A stretch of DNA of 64,000 bases from assembly GCA_964016885.1 (NCBI GenBank), contig OZ024741.1:413230001-413294000 (forward strand). The letters are read 5' to 3'. Shown one piece after another: positions 14,301-29,300 of this stretch. The DNA comes from Eledone cirrhosa. Taxonomy: Eukaryota. The notes below the pieces were generated by a model. That model was not told the origin of the DNA, made no database searches, and worked only from the letters and a program-made list of their open reading frames with translations. Position numbers and translations under genes: made by a program. The stretch's first letter is position 1. Every line of letters begins with the position of its first letter.

Positions 14301-17300
14301 TGTGATGGTGGTGGTGGTGGTGTTTGGTAATGTTGTGATGGTGGTGGTGGTGTTTGGTAATGTTGTGATGGTGGTGGAGATGGTGCTATTTAGTAATGTT
14401 GTGTTTGTGGTGGTGGTGGTGTTTGGTAATGTTGTGATGGTGGTGGTGGTGGTGTTTGGTAATGTTGTGATGGTGGTGGTGGTGGTGTTTGGTAATGTTG
14501 TGATGGTGGTGGTGGTGCTGTTTAGTAATGTTGTGTTGGTGGTGGCGATGGTGTTTGGTAATGTTGTGATGGTGGTGGTGGTGGTGTTTAGTAATGTTGT
14601 GATGGTGGTGGTGGTGGTGTTTGGTAATGTTGTGATGGTGGTGGTCGTGTTTAGTAATGTTGTGATGGTGGTGGTGGTGTTTAGTAATGTTGTGATGGGG
14701 GTGGTGGTGTTTAGTAATGTTGTGATGGTGGTGGTGGTGGTGTTTGGTAATGTTGTGATGGTGGTGGTGGTGCTGTTTAGTAATGTTGTGTTGGTGGTGG
14801 AGGTGGTGTTTGGTAATATTGTGATGGTGGTGGTGGTGGTGTTTAGTAATGTTGTGATGGTGGTGGTGGTGGTGTTTGGTAATATTGTGATGGTGGTGGT
14901 GGTGTTTAGTAATGTTGTGATGGTGGTGGTGGTGGTGTTTAGTAATGTTGTGATGGTGGTGGTGGTGGTGTTTAGTAATGTTGTGATGGTGGCGTTGGTG
15001 TTGTTTAGTAATGTTGTGATGGTGGTGGTGGTGGTGTTTAGTAATGTTGTAATGGTGGTGGTGGTGGTGTTTGGTAATGTTGTGATGGTGGTGGTGGTGG
15101 TGTTTGGTAATGTTTTGATGGTGGTGGTGGTTCTGTTTAGTAATGTTGTGTTCGTGGTGGTGGTGGTGTTGGTAATGTTGTGATGGTGGTGGTGGTGTTT
15201 GGTAATGTGGTGATGGTGGTGGTGGTGTTTAGTAATGTTGTGATTGTGGTGGTGGCGTTGTTTGGTTATGTTGTGATGGTGGTGGTGGTGGTGTTTAGTA
15301 ATGTTGTGATGGTGGCGGAGGTGGTGGTGTTTAGTAATGTTGTGATGGTGGTGGTGGTGGTGTTTAGTAATGTTGTGTTGGTGGTGGTGGTGTTTGGTAA
15401 TGTTGTGATGGTGGTGGTGGTGGTGTTTAGTAATGTTGTGTTGGTGGTGGTGGTGTTTGGTAATGTTGTGATGGTGATGGTGGTGTTGTTTAGTAATGTT
15501 GTGATGGTGGTGGTGGTGGTGTTTGGTAATGTTGTGATGGTGGTGGTGGTGTTTGGTAATGTTGTGATGGTGGTGGAGGTGGTGCTATTTAGTAATGTTG
15601 TGTTGGTGGTGGTGGTGGTGTTTGGTAATGTTGTGATGGTGGTGGTGGTGGTGTTTGGTAATGTTGTGATGGTGGTGGTGGTGGTGTTTGGTAATGTTGT
15701 GATGGTGGTGGTGGTGCTGTTTAGTAATGTTGTGTTGGTGGTGGCGGTGGTGTTTGGTAATGTTGTGATGGTGGTGGTGGTGGTGTTTAGTAATGTTGTG
15801 ATGGTGGTGGTGTCTGGTAATGTTGTGATGGTGGTGGTGGTGTTTAGTAATGTTGTGATGGGGGTGGTGGTGGTGTCTGGTAATGTTGTGATGGTGGTGG
15901 TGGTGTTTAGTAATGTTGTTATGGGGGTGGTCGTGTTTAGTAATGTTGTGCTGCTGGTGGTGGTGTTTAGTAATGTTGTGATGGGGGTGGTGGTGTTTAG
16001 TAATGTTGTGATGGTGGTGGTGGTGGTGTTTGGTAATGTTGTGATGGTGGTGGTGGTGCTGTTTAGTAATGTTGTGTTGGTGGTGGTGGTGGTGTTGGTA
16101 ATGTTGTGATGGTGGTGGTGGTGGTGTTTCCTAATGTTGTGATGCTGGTGGTGTTTAGTAATGTTGTGATGGTGGTGGTGGTGTTTAGTAATGTTGTGAT
16201 CGTGGTGGTGATGGTGGTGTTTCCTAATGTTGTGATGGTGGTGGTGTTTAGTAATGTTGTGATGGTGGTGGTGGCGTTTAGTAATGTTGTGTTGGTGGTC
16301 GTGGTGTTTGGTAATGTTGTGATGTTGGTGGTGGTGGTGTTTAGTAATGTTGTGATGGTGGTGGTGTTTGGTAATGTTGTGATGGTGGTGGTGTTTAGTA
16401 ATGTTGTGTTGGTGGTGGTGGTGGTGTTTAGTAATTTTGTGTTGGTGGTGGTGGTGGTGTTTAGTAATGTTGTGATGGTGGTGGTGGTGTTTAGTAATGT
16501 TGTGTTGGTGGTGGTGTTTGGCAATGTTGTGATGGTGGAGGTGGTGGTGTTTAGTAACGTTGTGATGGTGGTGGTGGTGGTGTTTGGTAATGTTGTGATG
16601 GTGGTTGTGGTGTTTAGTAATGTTGTGATTGTGGTGGTGGCGTTGTTTGGTTATGTTGTGATGGTGGTGGTGGTAGTGTTTAGTAATGTTGTGATGGTGG
16701 TGGAGGTGGTGGTGTTTAGTAATGTTGTGATGGTGGTGGTGGTGGTGTTTAGTAATGTTGTGTTGGTGGTGGTGGTGTTTGGTAATGTTGTGATGGTGGT
16801 GGTGGTGGTGTTTAGTAATGTTGTGTTGGTGGTGGTGGTGTTTGGTAATGTTGTGATGGTGATGGTGGTGTTGTTTAGTAATGTTGTGATGGTGGTGGTG
16901 GTGGTGTTTGGTAATGTTGTGATGGTGGTGGTGGTGTTTGGTAATGTTGTGATGGTGGTGGAGATGGTGCTATTTAGTAATGTTGTGTTTGTGGTGGTGG
17001 TGGTGTTTGGTAATGTTGTGATGGTGGTGGTGGTGGTGTTTGGTAATGTTGTGATGGTGGTGGTGGTGGTGTTTGGTAATGTTGTGATGGTGGTGGTGGT
17101 GCTGTTTAGTAATGTTGTGTTGGTGGTGGCGATGGTGTTTGGTAATGTTGTGATGGTGGTGGTGGTGGTGTTTAGTAATGTTGTGATGGTGGTGGTGGTG
17201 GTGTTTGGTAATGTTGTGATGGTGGTGGTCGTGTTTAGTAATGTTGTGATGGTGGTGGTGGTGTTTAGTAATGTTGTGATGGGGGTGGTGGTGTTTAGTA

Positions 17301-20300
17301 ATGTTGTGATGGTGGTGGTGGTGGTGTTTGGTAATGTTGTGATGGTGGTGGTGGTGCTGTTTAGTAATGTTGTGTTGGTGGTGGTGGTGGTTTTGGTAAT
17401 GTTGTGATGGTGGTGGTGGTGGTGTTTGGTAATGTGGTGATGGTGGTGGTGGTGTTTAGTAATGTTGTGATTGGGGTGGTGGCGTTGTTTGGTTATGTTG
17501 TGATGGTGGTGGTGGTGGTGTTTAGTAATGTTATGATGGTGGTGAAGGTGGTGGTGTTTAGTAATGTTGTGATGGTGGCGTTGGTGTTGTTTAGTAATGT
17601 TGTGATGGTGGTGGTGGTGGTGTTTAGTAATGTTGTAATGGTGGTGGTGGTGGTGTTTGGTAATGTTGTGATGGTGGTGGTGGTGGTGTTTAGTAATGTT
17701 GTTATGGTGGTGGTGGTGGTGTTTAGTAATGTTGTGATGGTGGTGGTGGTGTTTAGTAATGTTGTGATGGTGGTGGTGGTGTTTAGTGATGTTGTGATCG
17801 TGGTGGTGATTATGGTGTTTCCTAATGTTGTGATGGTGGTGGTGTTTAGTAATGTTGTGATGGTGGTGGTGGTGTTTAGTAATGTTGTGATCGTGGTGGT
17901 GATGGTGGTGTTTCCTAATGTTGTGATGGTGGTGGTGTTTAGTAATGTTGTGATGGTGGTGGTGGTGTTTAGTAATGTTTTTGGTGGTGGTCGTGGTGTT
18001 TGGTAATGTTGTGATGTTGGTGGTGGTGGTGTTTAGTAATGTTGTGATGGTGGTGGTGTTTGGTAATGTTGTGATGGTGGTGGTGTTTGGTAATGTTGTG
18101 ATGTTGGTGGTGGTGGTGTTTAGTAATGTTGTGTTGGTGGTGGTGGTGGTGGTGTTTAGTAATGTTGTGATGTTGGTGGTGTTTAGTAATTTTGTGTTGG
18201 TGGTGGTGGTGGTGTTTAGTAATGTTGTGATGGTGGTGGTGGTGGTGTTTAGTAATGTTGTGATGGTGGTGGTGGTGGTGTTTGGTAATGTTGTGATGGT
18301 GGTGGTGGTGGTGTTTAGTAATGTTGTGATGGTGGTGGTGGTGGTGTTTAGTAATGTTGTTATGGTGGTGGTGGTGGTGTTTAGTAATGTTGTGATGGTG
18401 GTGGTGGTGTTTAGTAATGTTGTGATGGTGGTGGTGGTGTTTAGTAATGTTGTGATCGTGGTGGTGATGGTGGTGTTTCCTAATGTTGTGATGGTGGTGG
18501 TGTTTAGTAATGTTGTGATGGTGGTGGTGGTGTTTAGTAATGTTGTGGTGGTGGTGGTGGTGTTTGGTAATGTTGTGATGTTGGTGGTGGTGGTGTTTAG
18601 TAATGTTGTGATGGTGGTGGTGTTTGGTAATGTTGTGATGGTGGTGGTGTTTGTAATGTTGTGATGTTGGTGGTGGTGGTGTTTAGTAATGTTGTGTTGG
18701 TGGTGGTGGTGGTATTTAGTAATGTTGTGATGTTGGTGGTGTTTAGTAATGTTGTGTTGGTGGTGGTGGTGGTGTTTAGTAATGTTGTGGTGATGGTGGT
18801 GGTGGTGTTTAGTAATGTGATGGTGGTGGTGATGGTGGTGTTTGGTAATGTTGTGATGGTGGTGGTGGTGGTGTTTAGTAATGTTGTGTTGGTAGTGGTG
18901 GTGGTGTTTAGTAATGTTGTGATGGTGGTGGTGGTGGTGGTGTTTGGTAATGTTGTGATGGTGGTGGTGGTGTTGTTTAGTAATGTTGTGTTGGTGGTGG
19001 TGGTGGTGTTTAGTAATGTTGTGATGTTGGTGGTGTTTAGTAATGTTGTGATGGTGGTGGTGGTGGTGTTTAATAAGGTTGTGTTGGTGGTGGTGGTGGT
19101 GTTTAGTAATGTTGTGATGGTGGTGGTGGTGGTGTTTGGTAATGTTGTGATGGTGGTGGTGGTGTTTAGTAATGTGATGGTGGTGGTGGTGTTTAGTAAT
19201 GTTGTGATGGTGGTGGTGTTTAGTAATGTTGTGATGGTGGTGTTTAGTAATGTTGTGTTGGTGGTGTTTAGTAATGTTGTGATGGTGGTGGTGGTGGTGT
19301 TTAGTAATGTTGTGATGGTTGTGGTGGTGTTTAGTAATGTTGTGTTGGTGGTGGTGCTGGTGTTTGGTAATGTTGTTATGGTGGTGGTGGTGGTGTTTGG
19401 TAATGTTGTGATGGTGGTGGTGGTGCTGTTTAGTAATGTTGTGTTGGTGGTGGTGGTGTTTGGTAATGTTGTGATGGTGGTGGTGTTTAGTAATGTTGTG
19501 ATGGTGGTGGTGTTTAGTAATGTTGTGTTGGTGGTGGTGGTGTTTAGTAATGTTGTGTTGGTGGTGGTGGTGTTTAGTAATGTTGTGATGGTGGTGGTGT
19601 TTAGTAATGTTGTCATGGTGGTGGTGGTGTTGTTTAGTAATGTAGTGATGGTGGTCGTGGTGGTGTTTAGTAATGTTGTGTTGGAGGTGGTTGTGGGGGT
19701 GGTGCTTAGTAATGTTGGTGGTGTTTAGTAATGTTGTGATGGTGGTGGTGGTGGTGTTTAGTAATGTTGTGATGGTGGTGGTGGTGGTGTTTAGTAATGT
19801 TGTGATGGTGCTGTTTTGGATATGTTATGTTGGTGGTGGTGGTGGTGTTTGGTAATGTTGTGATGGTGGTGGTGGTGGTGTTTGGTAATGTTGTGATGGT
19901 GGTGATGTTGGTGGGGGTGTTTAGTAATGTTGTGATTGTGGTGGTGGTGTTGTTTGGTTATGTTGTGATGGTGGTGGTGGTGGTGTTTAGTAATGTTGTG
20001 ATGGTGGTGGTGGTGGTGTTTAGTAATGTTGTGATGGTGGTGGTGGCGTTTAGTAATGTTGTGGTGGTGGTCGTGGTGTTTGGTAATGTTGTGATGTTGG
20101 TGGTGGTGGTGTTTAGTAATGTTGTGATGGTGGTGGTGTTTGGTAATGTTGTGATGGTGGTGGTGTTTAGTAATGTTGTGTTGGTGGTGCTGGTGGTGTT
20201 TAGTAATGTTGTGATGTTGGTGGTGTTTAGTAATTTTGTGTTGGTGGTGGTGGTGGTGTTTAGTAATGTTGTGATGGTGGTGGTGGTGGTGTTTAGTAAT

Positions 20301-23300
20301 GTTGTGTTGATGCTGGTGGTGGTGTTTGGTAATGTTGTGATGGTGGTGGTGGTGGTGTTTAGTAATGTTGTGATGGTGGTGGTGGTGGTGTTTAGTAATG
20401 TTGTGATGGTGGTGGTGGTGGTGTTTAGTAATGTTGTTATGGTGGTGGTGGTGGTGTTTAGTAATGTTGTGTTGGTGGTGGTGGTGGTGGTGTTTAGTAA
20501 TGTGGTGATGTTGGTGGTGTTTAGTAATTTTGTGTTTGTGGTGGTGGTGGTGTTTAGTAATTTTGTGTTGGTGGTGGTGGTGGTGTTTAGTAATGTTGTG
20601 ATGGTGGTGGTGGTGGTGTTTAGTAATGTTGTGATGGTGGTGGTGGTGGTGTTTGGTAATGTTGTGATGTGGTGGTGGTGGTGTTTAGTAATGTTGTGAT
20701 GGTGGTGGTGGTGGTGTTTAGTAATGTTGTTATGGTGGTGGTGGTGGTGTTTAGTAATGTTGTGATGGTGGTGGTGGTGTTTAGTAATGTTGTGATGGTG
20801 GTGGTGGTGTTTAGTAATGTTGTGATCGTGGTGGTGATGGTGGTGTTTCCTAATGTTGTGATGGTGGTGGTGTTTAGTAATGTTGTGATGGTGGTGGTGG
20901 TGTTTAGTAATGTTGTGATCGTGGTGGTGATGGTGGTGTTTCCTAATGTTGTGATGGTGGTGGTGTTTAGTAATGTTGTGATGGTGGTGGTGGTGTTTAG
21001 TAATGTTGTGGTGGTGGTGGTGGTGTTTGGTAATGTTGTGATGTTGGTGGTGGTGGTGTTTAATAATGTTGTGATGGTGGTGGTGTTTGGTAATGTTGTG
21101 ATGGTGGTGGTGTTTGGTAATGTTGTGATGTTGGTGGTGGTGGTGTTTAGTAATGTTGTGTTGGTGGTGGTGGTGGTGTTTAGTAATGTTGTGATGTTGG
21201 TGGTGTTTAGTAATGTTGTGATGGTGGTGGTGGTGTTTAGTAATGTTGTGTTGGTGGTGGTGGTGTTTAGTAATGTTGTTGTGGTGGTGGTGGTGTTATT
21301 TTGTAATGTTGTGATGTTGGTGTGTGGTGGTTGTGTTTAGTAATGTTGTGATGGTGGTGGTGTTGGTGGTGTTTAGTAATGTTGTGATGGTGGTGGTGGT
21401 GTTTAGTAATGTTGTGATCGTGGTGGTGATGGTGGTGTTTCCTAATGTTGTGATGGTGGTGGTGTTTAGTAATGTTGTGATGGTGGTGGTGTTGTTTTGT
21501 AATGTTGTGTTGGTGGTGGTGTTTGGTAATGTTGTGATGTTGGTGGTGGTGGTGTTTAGTAATGTTGTGTTGGTAGTGGTGGTGGTGTTTAGTAATGTTG
21601 TGATGGTGGTGGTGGTGGTGGTGTTTGGTAATGTTGTGATGGTGGTGGTGGTGTTGTTTAGTAATGTTGTGTTGGTGGTGGTGGTGGTGTTTAGTAATGT
21701 TGTGATGTTGGTGGTGTTTAGTAATGTTGTGATGGTGGTGGTGGTGGTGTTTAATAAGGTTGTGTTGGTGGTGGTGGTGGTGTTTAGTAATGTTGTGATG
21801 GTGGTGGTGGTGGTGTTTGGTAATGTTGTGATGGTGGTGGTGGTGTTTAGTAATGTGATGGTGGTGGTGGTGTTTAGTAATGTTGTGATGGTGGTGGTGT
21901 TTAGTAATGTTGTGATGGTGGTGTTTAGTAATGTTGTGTTGGTGGCGTTTAGTAATGTTGTGATGGTGGTGGTGGTGGTGTTTAGTAATGTTGTGATGGT
22001 TGTGGTGGTGTTTAGTAATGTTGTGTTGGTGGTGGTGGTGGTGGTGTTTGGTAATGTTGTTATGGTGGTGGTGGTGGTGTTTGGTAATGTTGTGATGGTG
22101 GTGGTGGTGCTGTTTAGTAATGTTGTGTGTGTGGTGGTGGTGGTGTTTGGTAATGTTGTGATGGTGGTGGTGTTTAGTAATGTTGTGATGGTGGTGGTGT
22201 TTAGTAATGTTGTGTTGGTGGTGGTGGTGTTTAGTAATGTTGTGTTGGTGGTGGTGTTTAGTAATGTTGTGATGGTGGTGGTGTTTAGTAATGTTGTGAT
22301 GGTGGTGGTGGTGTTGTTTAGTAATGTAGTGATGGTGGTCGTGGTGGTGTTTAGTAATGTTGTGTTGGAGGTGGTTGTGGGGGTGGTGCTTAGTAATGTT
22401 GGTGGTGTTTAGTAATGTTGTGATGGTGGTGGTGGTGGTGTTTAGTAATGTTGTGATGGTGCTGTTTTGGATATGTTATGTTGGTGGTGGTGGTGGTGTT
22501 TGGTAATGTTGTGATGGTGGTGGTGGTGGTGTTTGGTAATGTTGTGATGGTGGTGATGGTGGTGGTGTTTAGTAATGTTGTGATTGTGGTGGTGGTGTTG
22601 TTTGGTTATGTTGTGATGGTGGTGGTGGTGGTGTTTAGTAATGTTGTGATGGTGGTGGTGGTGGTGTTTAGTAATGTTGTGATGGTGGTGGTGGTGGTGT
22701 TTAGTAATGTTGTGTTGGTGGTGGTGGTGGTGTTTGGTAATTTTGTGATGGTGGTGGTGTTTGGTAATGTTGTGGTGATGGTGGTGGTGGTGTTTAGTAA
22801 TGGTGTGATGGTGGTGGTGGTGGTGTTTGGTAATGTTGTGATGGTGGTGGTGGTGGTGTTTAGTAATGTTGTGATGTTGGTGGTGGTGTTTAGTAATGTT
22901 GTGATGGTGGTGGTGGTGGTGTTTGGTATTGTTGTGATGGTGGTGGTGGTGGTGTTTCTGTAATGTTGTGATGGTGGTGTTGGTGCTGTTTAGTAATGTT
23001 GTGTTGGTGGTGATGGTGGTGTTTGGTAATGTTGTGATGGTGGTGGTGGTGGTGTTTGGTAATTTTGTGATGGTGGTGAGGTGGTGCTATTTAGTAATGT
23101 TGTGATGGTGGTGGTGGTGGTGTTTAGTAATGTTGTGATGGTGGTGGTGGTGGTGTTTAGTAATGTTGTGATGGTGGTGTTTAGTAATGTTGTGATGGTG
23201 GTGGTGGTGGTGTTTGGTAATTTTGTGATGGTGGTGAGGTGGTGCTATTTAGTAATGTTGTGATGGTGGTGGTGGTGGTGTTTAGTAATGTTGTGATGGT

Positions 23301-26300
23301 GGTGGTGGTGGTGTTTGGTAATTTTGTGATGGTGGTGAGGTGGTGCTATTTAGTAATGTTGTGATGGTGGTGGTGGTGGTGTTTAGTAATGTTGTGTTGG
23401 TGGTGGTGGTGGTGTTTGGTAATTTTGTGATGGTGGTGAGGTGGTGCTATTTAGTAATGTTGTGATGGTGGTGGTGGTGGTGTTTAGTAATGTTGTGATG
23501 GTGGTGGTGGTGGTGTTTAGTAATGTTGTGATGGTGGTGTTTAGTAATGTTGTGATGGTGGTGGTGGTGGTGTTTGGTAATTTTGTGATGGTGGTGAGGT
23601 GGTGCTATTTAGTAATGTTGTGATGGTGGTGGTGGTGGTGTTTAGTAATGTTGTGATGGTGGTGGTGGTGGTGTTTGGTAATGTTGTGATGGTGGTGGTG
23701 GTGGTGTTTAGTAATGTTGTGATTGTGGTGGTGGTGGTGTTCGGTAATGTTGTGATGTTGGTGGTGGTGTTTAGTAATGTTGTGATGGTGGTGGTGGTGT
23801 TTAGTAACGTTGTGATGGTGGTGGTGGTGTTTGGTAATGTTGTGATGGTGGTGGTGGTGCTGTTTAGTAATGTTGTGTTGGTGGTGGTGGTGGTGTTTGG
23901 TAATGTTGTGATGGTGGTGGTGGTGGTGTTTGGTAATGTGGTGATGGTGGTGGTGGTGTTTGGTAATGTTGTGATGGTGGTGGTGGTGGTGTGTAGTAAT
24001 GTTGTGTTGGTGGTGGTGTTTGGTAACGTTGTGATGTTGGTGCTGGTGGTGTTTAATAATGTTGTGATGGTGGTGGTGGTGTTTGGTAATGTTGTGATGG
24101 TGGTGGTGGTGTTGTTTAGTAATGTTTTGATGGTGGTGGTGGTGGTGATTAGTAATGTTGTGATTGTGGTGGACGCGTTGTTTGGTTATGTTGTGATGGT
24201 GGTGGTGGTGGTGTTTAGTAATGTTGTGATGGTGGTGGTGGTGTTGTTTAGTAATGTTGTGTTGGTAGTGGTGTTTGGTAATGTTGTGATGTTGGTGGTG
24301 GTGGTGTTTAATAATGTTATGATGGTGGTGGTGGTGGTGTTTGGTAATGTTGTGATGGTGGTGGTGGTTTTGTTTAGTAATGTTTTGATGGTGGTGGTGA
24401 TTAGTAATGTTGTGATGGTGGTGGTGGTGGTGTTTGGTAATGTCGTGATGGTGGTGGTGGTGTTTAGTAATGTTGTGATGGTGGTGGTGGTGGTGTTTAG
24501 TAATGTTGTGATGGTGGTGGTGGTGGTGTTTAGTAATGTTGTGATGGTGGTGGTGGTGGTGTTTAGTAATGTTGTGTTGGTGGTGGTGGTGGTGTTTAGT
24601 AATGTTGTGATGGTGGTGGTGGTGGTGTTTAGTAATGTTGTGTTGGTAGTGGTGGTGGTGTTTAGTAATGTTGTGATGGTGGTGGTGGTGGTGTTTAGTA
24701 ATGTTGTGTTGGTGGTGGTGGTGGTGTTTAGTAATGTTGTGATGGTGGTGGTGCTGTTTAGTAATGTTGTGTTGGTGGTGGTGGTGGTGTTTAGTAATGT
24801 TGTGATGGTGGTGGTGGTGGTGTTTAGTAATGTGGTGGTGGTGTTTAGTAATGTTGTGATGGTGGCGGTGTTTAGTAATGTTGTGATGGTGGTGGTGGTG
24901 GTGTTTAGTAATGTTGTGATGGTGGTGGTGTTTAGTAATGTTGTGTTGGTGGTGGTGGTGTTTAGTAATGTTGTGTTGGTGGTGGTGGTGGTGTTTGGTA
25001 ATGTTGTGATGGTGGTGGAGGTGGTGCTATTTAGTAATGTTGTGATGGTGGTGGTGTTTAGTAATGTTGTGATGGTGGTGGTGGTGGTGTTTGGTAATGT
25101 TGTGATGGTGGTGGTGGTGGTGTTTGTTAATTTTGTGATGGTGGTGGTGGTGGTGTTTGGTAATGTTGTGATGGTGGTGGTGGTGCTGTTTAGTAATGTT
25201 GTGTTGGTGGTGGTGGTGGTGTTTGGTAATGTTCTGATGGTGGTGGTGGTGGTGTTTAGTAATGTTGTGATGGTGGTGGTGGTGGTGTTTGGTAATGTTG
25301 TGATGGTGGTGGTGGTGTTTAGTAATGTTGTGATGGTGGTGGTGGTGTTTAGTAATGTTGTGATGGTGGTGGTAGTGTTTAGTAATGTTGTGATGGTGGT
25401 GGTGGTGGTGTTTGGTAATTTTGTGATGGTGGTGGTGTTTGGTAATGTTGTGGTGATGGTGGTGGTGGTGTTTAGTAATGGTGTGATGGTGGTGGTGGTG
25501 GTGTTTGGTAATGTTGTGATGGTGGTGGTGGTGGTGTTTAGTAATGTTGTGATGTTGGTGGTGGTGTTTAGTAATGTTGTGATGGTGGTGGTGGTGGTGT
25601 TTGGTATTGTTGTGATGGTGGTGGTGGTGGTGTTTCTGTAATGTTGTGATGGTGGTGTTGGTGCTGTTTAGTAATGTTGTGTTGGTGGTGATGGTGGTGT
25701 TTGGTAATGTTGTGATGGTGGTGGTGTTTAGTAATGTTGTGTTGGTGGTGGTGGTGGTGTTTGGTAATTTTGTGATGGTGGTGAGGTGGTGCTATTTAGT
25801 AATGTTGTGATGGTGGTGGTGGTGGTGTTTAGTAATGTTGTGATGGTGGTGTTTAGTAATGTTGTGATGGTGGTGGTGGTGGTGTTTGGTAATTTTGTGA
25901 TGGTGGTGAGGTGGTGCTATTTAGTAATGTTGTGATGGTGGTGGTGGTGGTGTTTAGTAATGTTGTGATGGTGGTGGTGGTGGTGTTTGGTAATGTTGTG
26001 ATGGTGGTGGTGGTGGTGTTTAGTAATGTTGTGATTGTGGTGGTGGTGGTGTTCGGTAATGTTGTGATGGTGGTGGTGGTGTTTAGTAATGTTGTGATGG
26101 TGGTGGTGGTGTTTAGTAACGTTGTGATGGTGGTGGTGGTGTTTGGTAATGTTGTGATGGTGGTGGTGGTGCTGTTTAGTAATGTTGTGTTGGTGGTGGT
26201 GGTGGTGTTTAGTAATGTTGTGATGGTGGTGGTGGTGGTGTTTGGTAATGTGGTGATGGTGGTGGTGGTGTTTGGTAATGTTGTGATGGTGGTGGTGGTG

Positions 26301-29300
26301 GTGTTTAGTAATGTTGTGTTGGTGGTGGTGTTTGGTAACGTTGTGATGTTGGTGCTGGTGGTGTTTAATAATGTTGTGATGGTGGTGGTGGTGTTTGGTA
26401 ACGTTGTGATGGTGGTGGTGGTGTTGTTTAGTAATGTTTTGATGGTGGTGGTGGTGGTGATTAGTAATGTTGTGATTGTGGTGGACGCGTTGTTTGGTTA
26501 TGTTGTGATGGTGGTGGTGGTGGTGTTTAGTAATGTTGTGATGGTGGTGGTGGTGGTGTTTAGTAATGTTGTGTTGGTAGTGGTGTTTGGTAATGTTGTG
26601 ATGTTGGTGGTGGTGGTGTTTAATAATGTTGTGATGGTGGTGGTGGTGGTGTTTGGTAATGTTGTGATGGTGGTGGTGGTTTTGTTTAGTAATGTTTTGA
26701 TGGTGGTGGTGATTAGTAATGTTGTGATGGTGGTGGTGGTGGTGTTTGGTAATGTCGTGATGGTGGTGGTGGTGTTTAGTAATGTTGTGATGGTGGTGGT
26801 GGTGGTGTTTAGTAATGTTGTGATGGTGGTGGTGGTGGTGTTTAGTAATGTTGTGATGGTGGTGGTGGTGGTGTTTAGTAATGTTGTGTTGGTGGTGGTG
26901 GTGGTGTTTAGTAATGTTGTGATGGTGGTGGTGGTGGTGTTTAGTAATGTTGTGTTGGTAGTGGTGGTGGTGTTTAGTAATGTTGTGATGGTGGTGGTGG
27001 TGGTGTTTAGTAATGTTGTGTTGGTGGTGGTGGTGGTGTTTAGTAATGTTGTGATGGTGGTAGTGCTGTTTAGTAATGTTGTGTTGGTGGTGGTGGTGGT
27101 GTTTAGTAATGTTGTGATGGTGGTGGTGGTGGTGTTTAGTAATGTGGTGGTGGTGTTTAGTAATGTTGTGATGGTGGCGGTGTTTAGTAATGTTGTGATG
27201 GTGGTGGTGGTGGTGTTTAGTAATGTTGTGATGGTGGTGGTGTTTAGTAATGTTGTGTTGGTGGTGGTGGTGTTTAGTAATGTGGTGGTGGTGTTTAGTA
27301 ATGTTGTGATGGTGGCGGTGTTTAGTAATGTTGTGATGGTGGTGGTGGTGGTGTTTAGTAATGTTGTGATGGTGGTGGTGTTTAGTAATGTTGTGTTGGT
27401 GGTGGTGGTGTTTAGTAATGTTGTGTTGGTGGTGGTGGTGGTGTTTGGTAATGTTGTGATGGTGGTGGAGGTGGTGCTATTTAGTAATGTTGTGATGGTG
27501 GTGGTGGTGGTGTTTAGTAATGTTGTGATGGTGGTGGTGGTGGTGTTTGGTAATGTTGTGATGGTGGTGGTGGTGGTGTTTGTTAATTTTGTGATGGTGG
27601 TGGTGGTGGTGTTTGGTAATGTTGTGATGGTGGTGGTGGTGCTGTTTAGTAATGTTGTGTTGGTGGTGGTGGTGGTGTTTGGTAATGTTCTGATGGTGGT
27701 GGTGGTGGTGTTTAGTAATGTTGTGATGGTGGTGGTGGTGGTGTTTGGTAATGTTGTGATGGTGGTGGTGGTGTTTAGTAATGTTGTGATGGTGGTGGTG
27801 GTGTTTAGTAATGTTGTGATGGTGGTGGTAGTGTTTAGTAATGTTGTGATGGTGGTGGTGGTGGTGTTTGGTAATGTTGTGATGGTGGTGGTGGTGCTGT
27901 TTAGTAATGTTGTGTTGATGCTGGTGGTGGTGTTTGGTAATGTTGTGATGCTGGTGGTGGTGGTGGTGTTTGGTAATGTGGTGATGGTGGTGGTGGTGTT
28001 TAGTAATGTTGTGATTGTGGTAGTGGCATTGTTTGGTTATGTTATGATGGTGTTGGTGTTGGTGTTTATTAATGTTGTGATGGTGGTGGAGCTGGTGGTG
28101 TTTAGTAATGTTGTGATGGTGGTGGTGGTGGTGTTTAGTAATGTTGTGTTGCTGCTGGTGTTTGGTAATGTTGTGATGGTGGTGGTGGTGGTGTTTAGTA
28201 ATGTTGTGATGGTGATGGTGTTGTTGTTTAGTAATGTTTTGATGGTGGTGGTGGTGGTGATTAGTAATGTTGTGATGGTGGTGGTGGTGGTGTTTGGTAA
28301 TGTTGTGATGGTGGTGGTGCTGGTGTTTAGTAATGTTGTGATGGTGGTGGTGGTGGTGTTTAGTAATGTTGTGATGGTGGTGGTGGTGGTGGTGTTTGGT
28401 AATGTTGTGATGGTGGTGGTAGTGGTGTTTAGTAATGTTGTGTTGGTGGTGGTGGTGGTGTTTAGTAATGTTGTGTTGGTAGTGGTGGTGGTGTTTAGTA
28501 ATGTTGTGATGGTGGTGGTGGTGGTGTTTAGTAATGTTGTGTTGGTGGTGGTGGTGGTGTTTAGTAATGTTGTGATGGTGGTGGTGCTGTTTAGTAATGT
28601 TGTGTTGGTGGTGGTGGTGGTGTTTAGTAATGTTGTGATGGTGGTGGTGGTGGTGTTTAGTAATGTGGTGGTGGTGTTTAGTAATGTTGTGATGGTGGCG
28701 GTGTTTAGTAATGTTGTGATGGTGGTGGTGGTGGTGTTTAGTAATGTTGTGATGGTGGTGGTGTTTAGTAATGTTGTGTTGGTGGTGGTGGTGTTTAGTA
28801 ATGTTGTGTTGGTGGTGGTGGTGGTGTTTGGTAATGTTGTGATGGTGGTGGAGGTGGTGCTATTTAGTAATGTTGTGATGGTGGTGGTGTTTAGTAATGT
28901 TGTGATGGTGGTGGTGGTGGTGTTTGGTAATGTTGTGATGGTGGTGGTGGTGGTGTTTGTTAATTTTGTGATGGTGGTGGTGGTGGTGTTTGGTAATGTT
29001 GTGATGGTGGTGGTGGTGCTGTTTAGTAATGTTGTGTTGGTGGTGGTGGTGGTGTTTGGTAATGTTCTGATGGTGGTGGTGGTGGTGTTTAGTAATGTTG
29101 TGATGGTGGTGGTGGTGGTGTTTGGTAATGTTGTGATGGTGGTGGTGGTGTTTAGTAATGTTGTGATGGTGGTGGTGGTGTTTAGTAATGTTGTGATGGT
29201 GGTGGTAGTGTTTAGTAATGTTGTGATGGTGGTGGTGGTGGTGTTTGGTAATTTTGTGATGGTGGTGGTGTTTGGTAATGTTGTGGTGATGGTGGTGGTG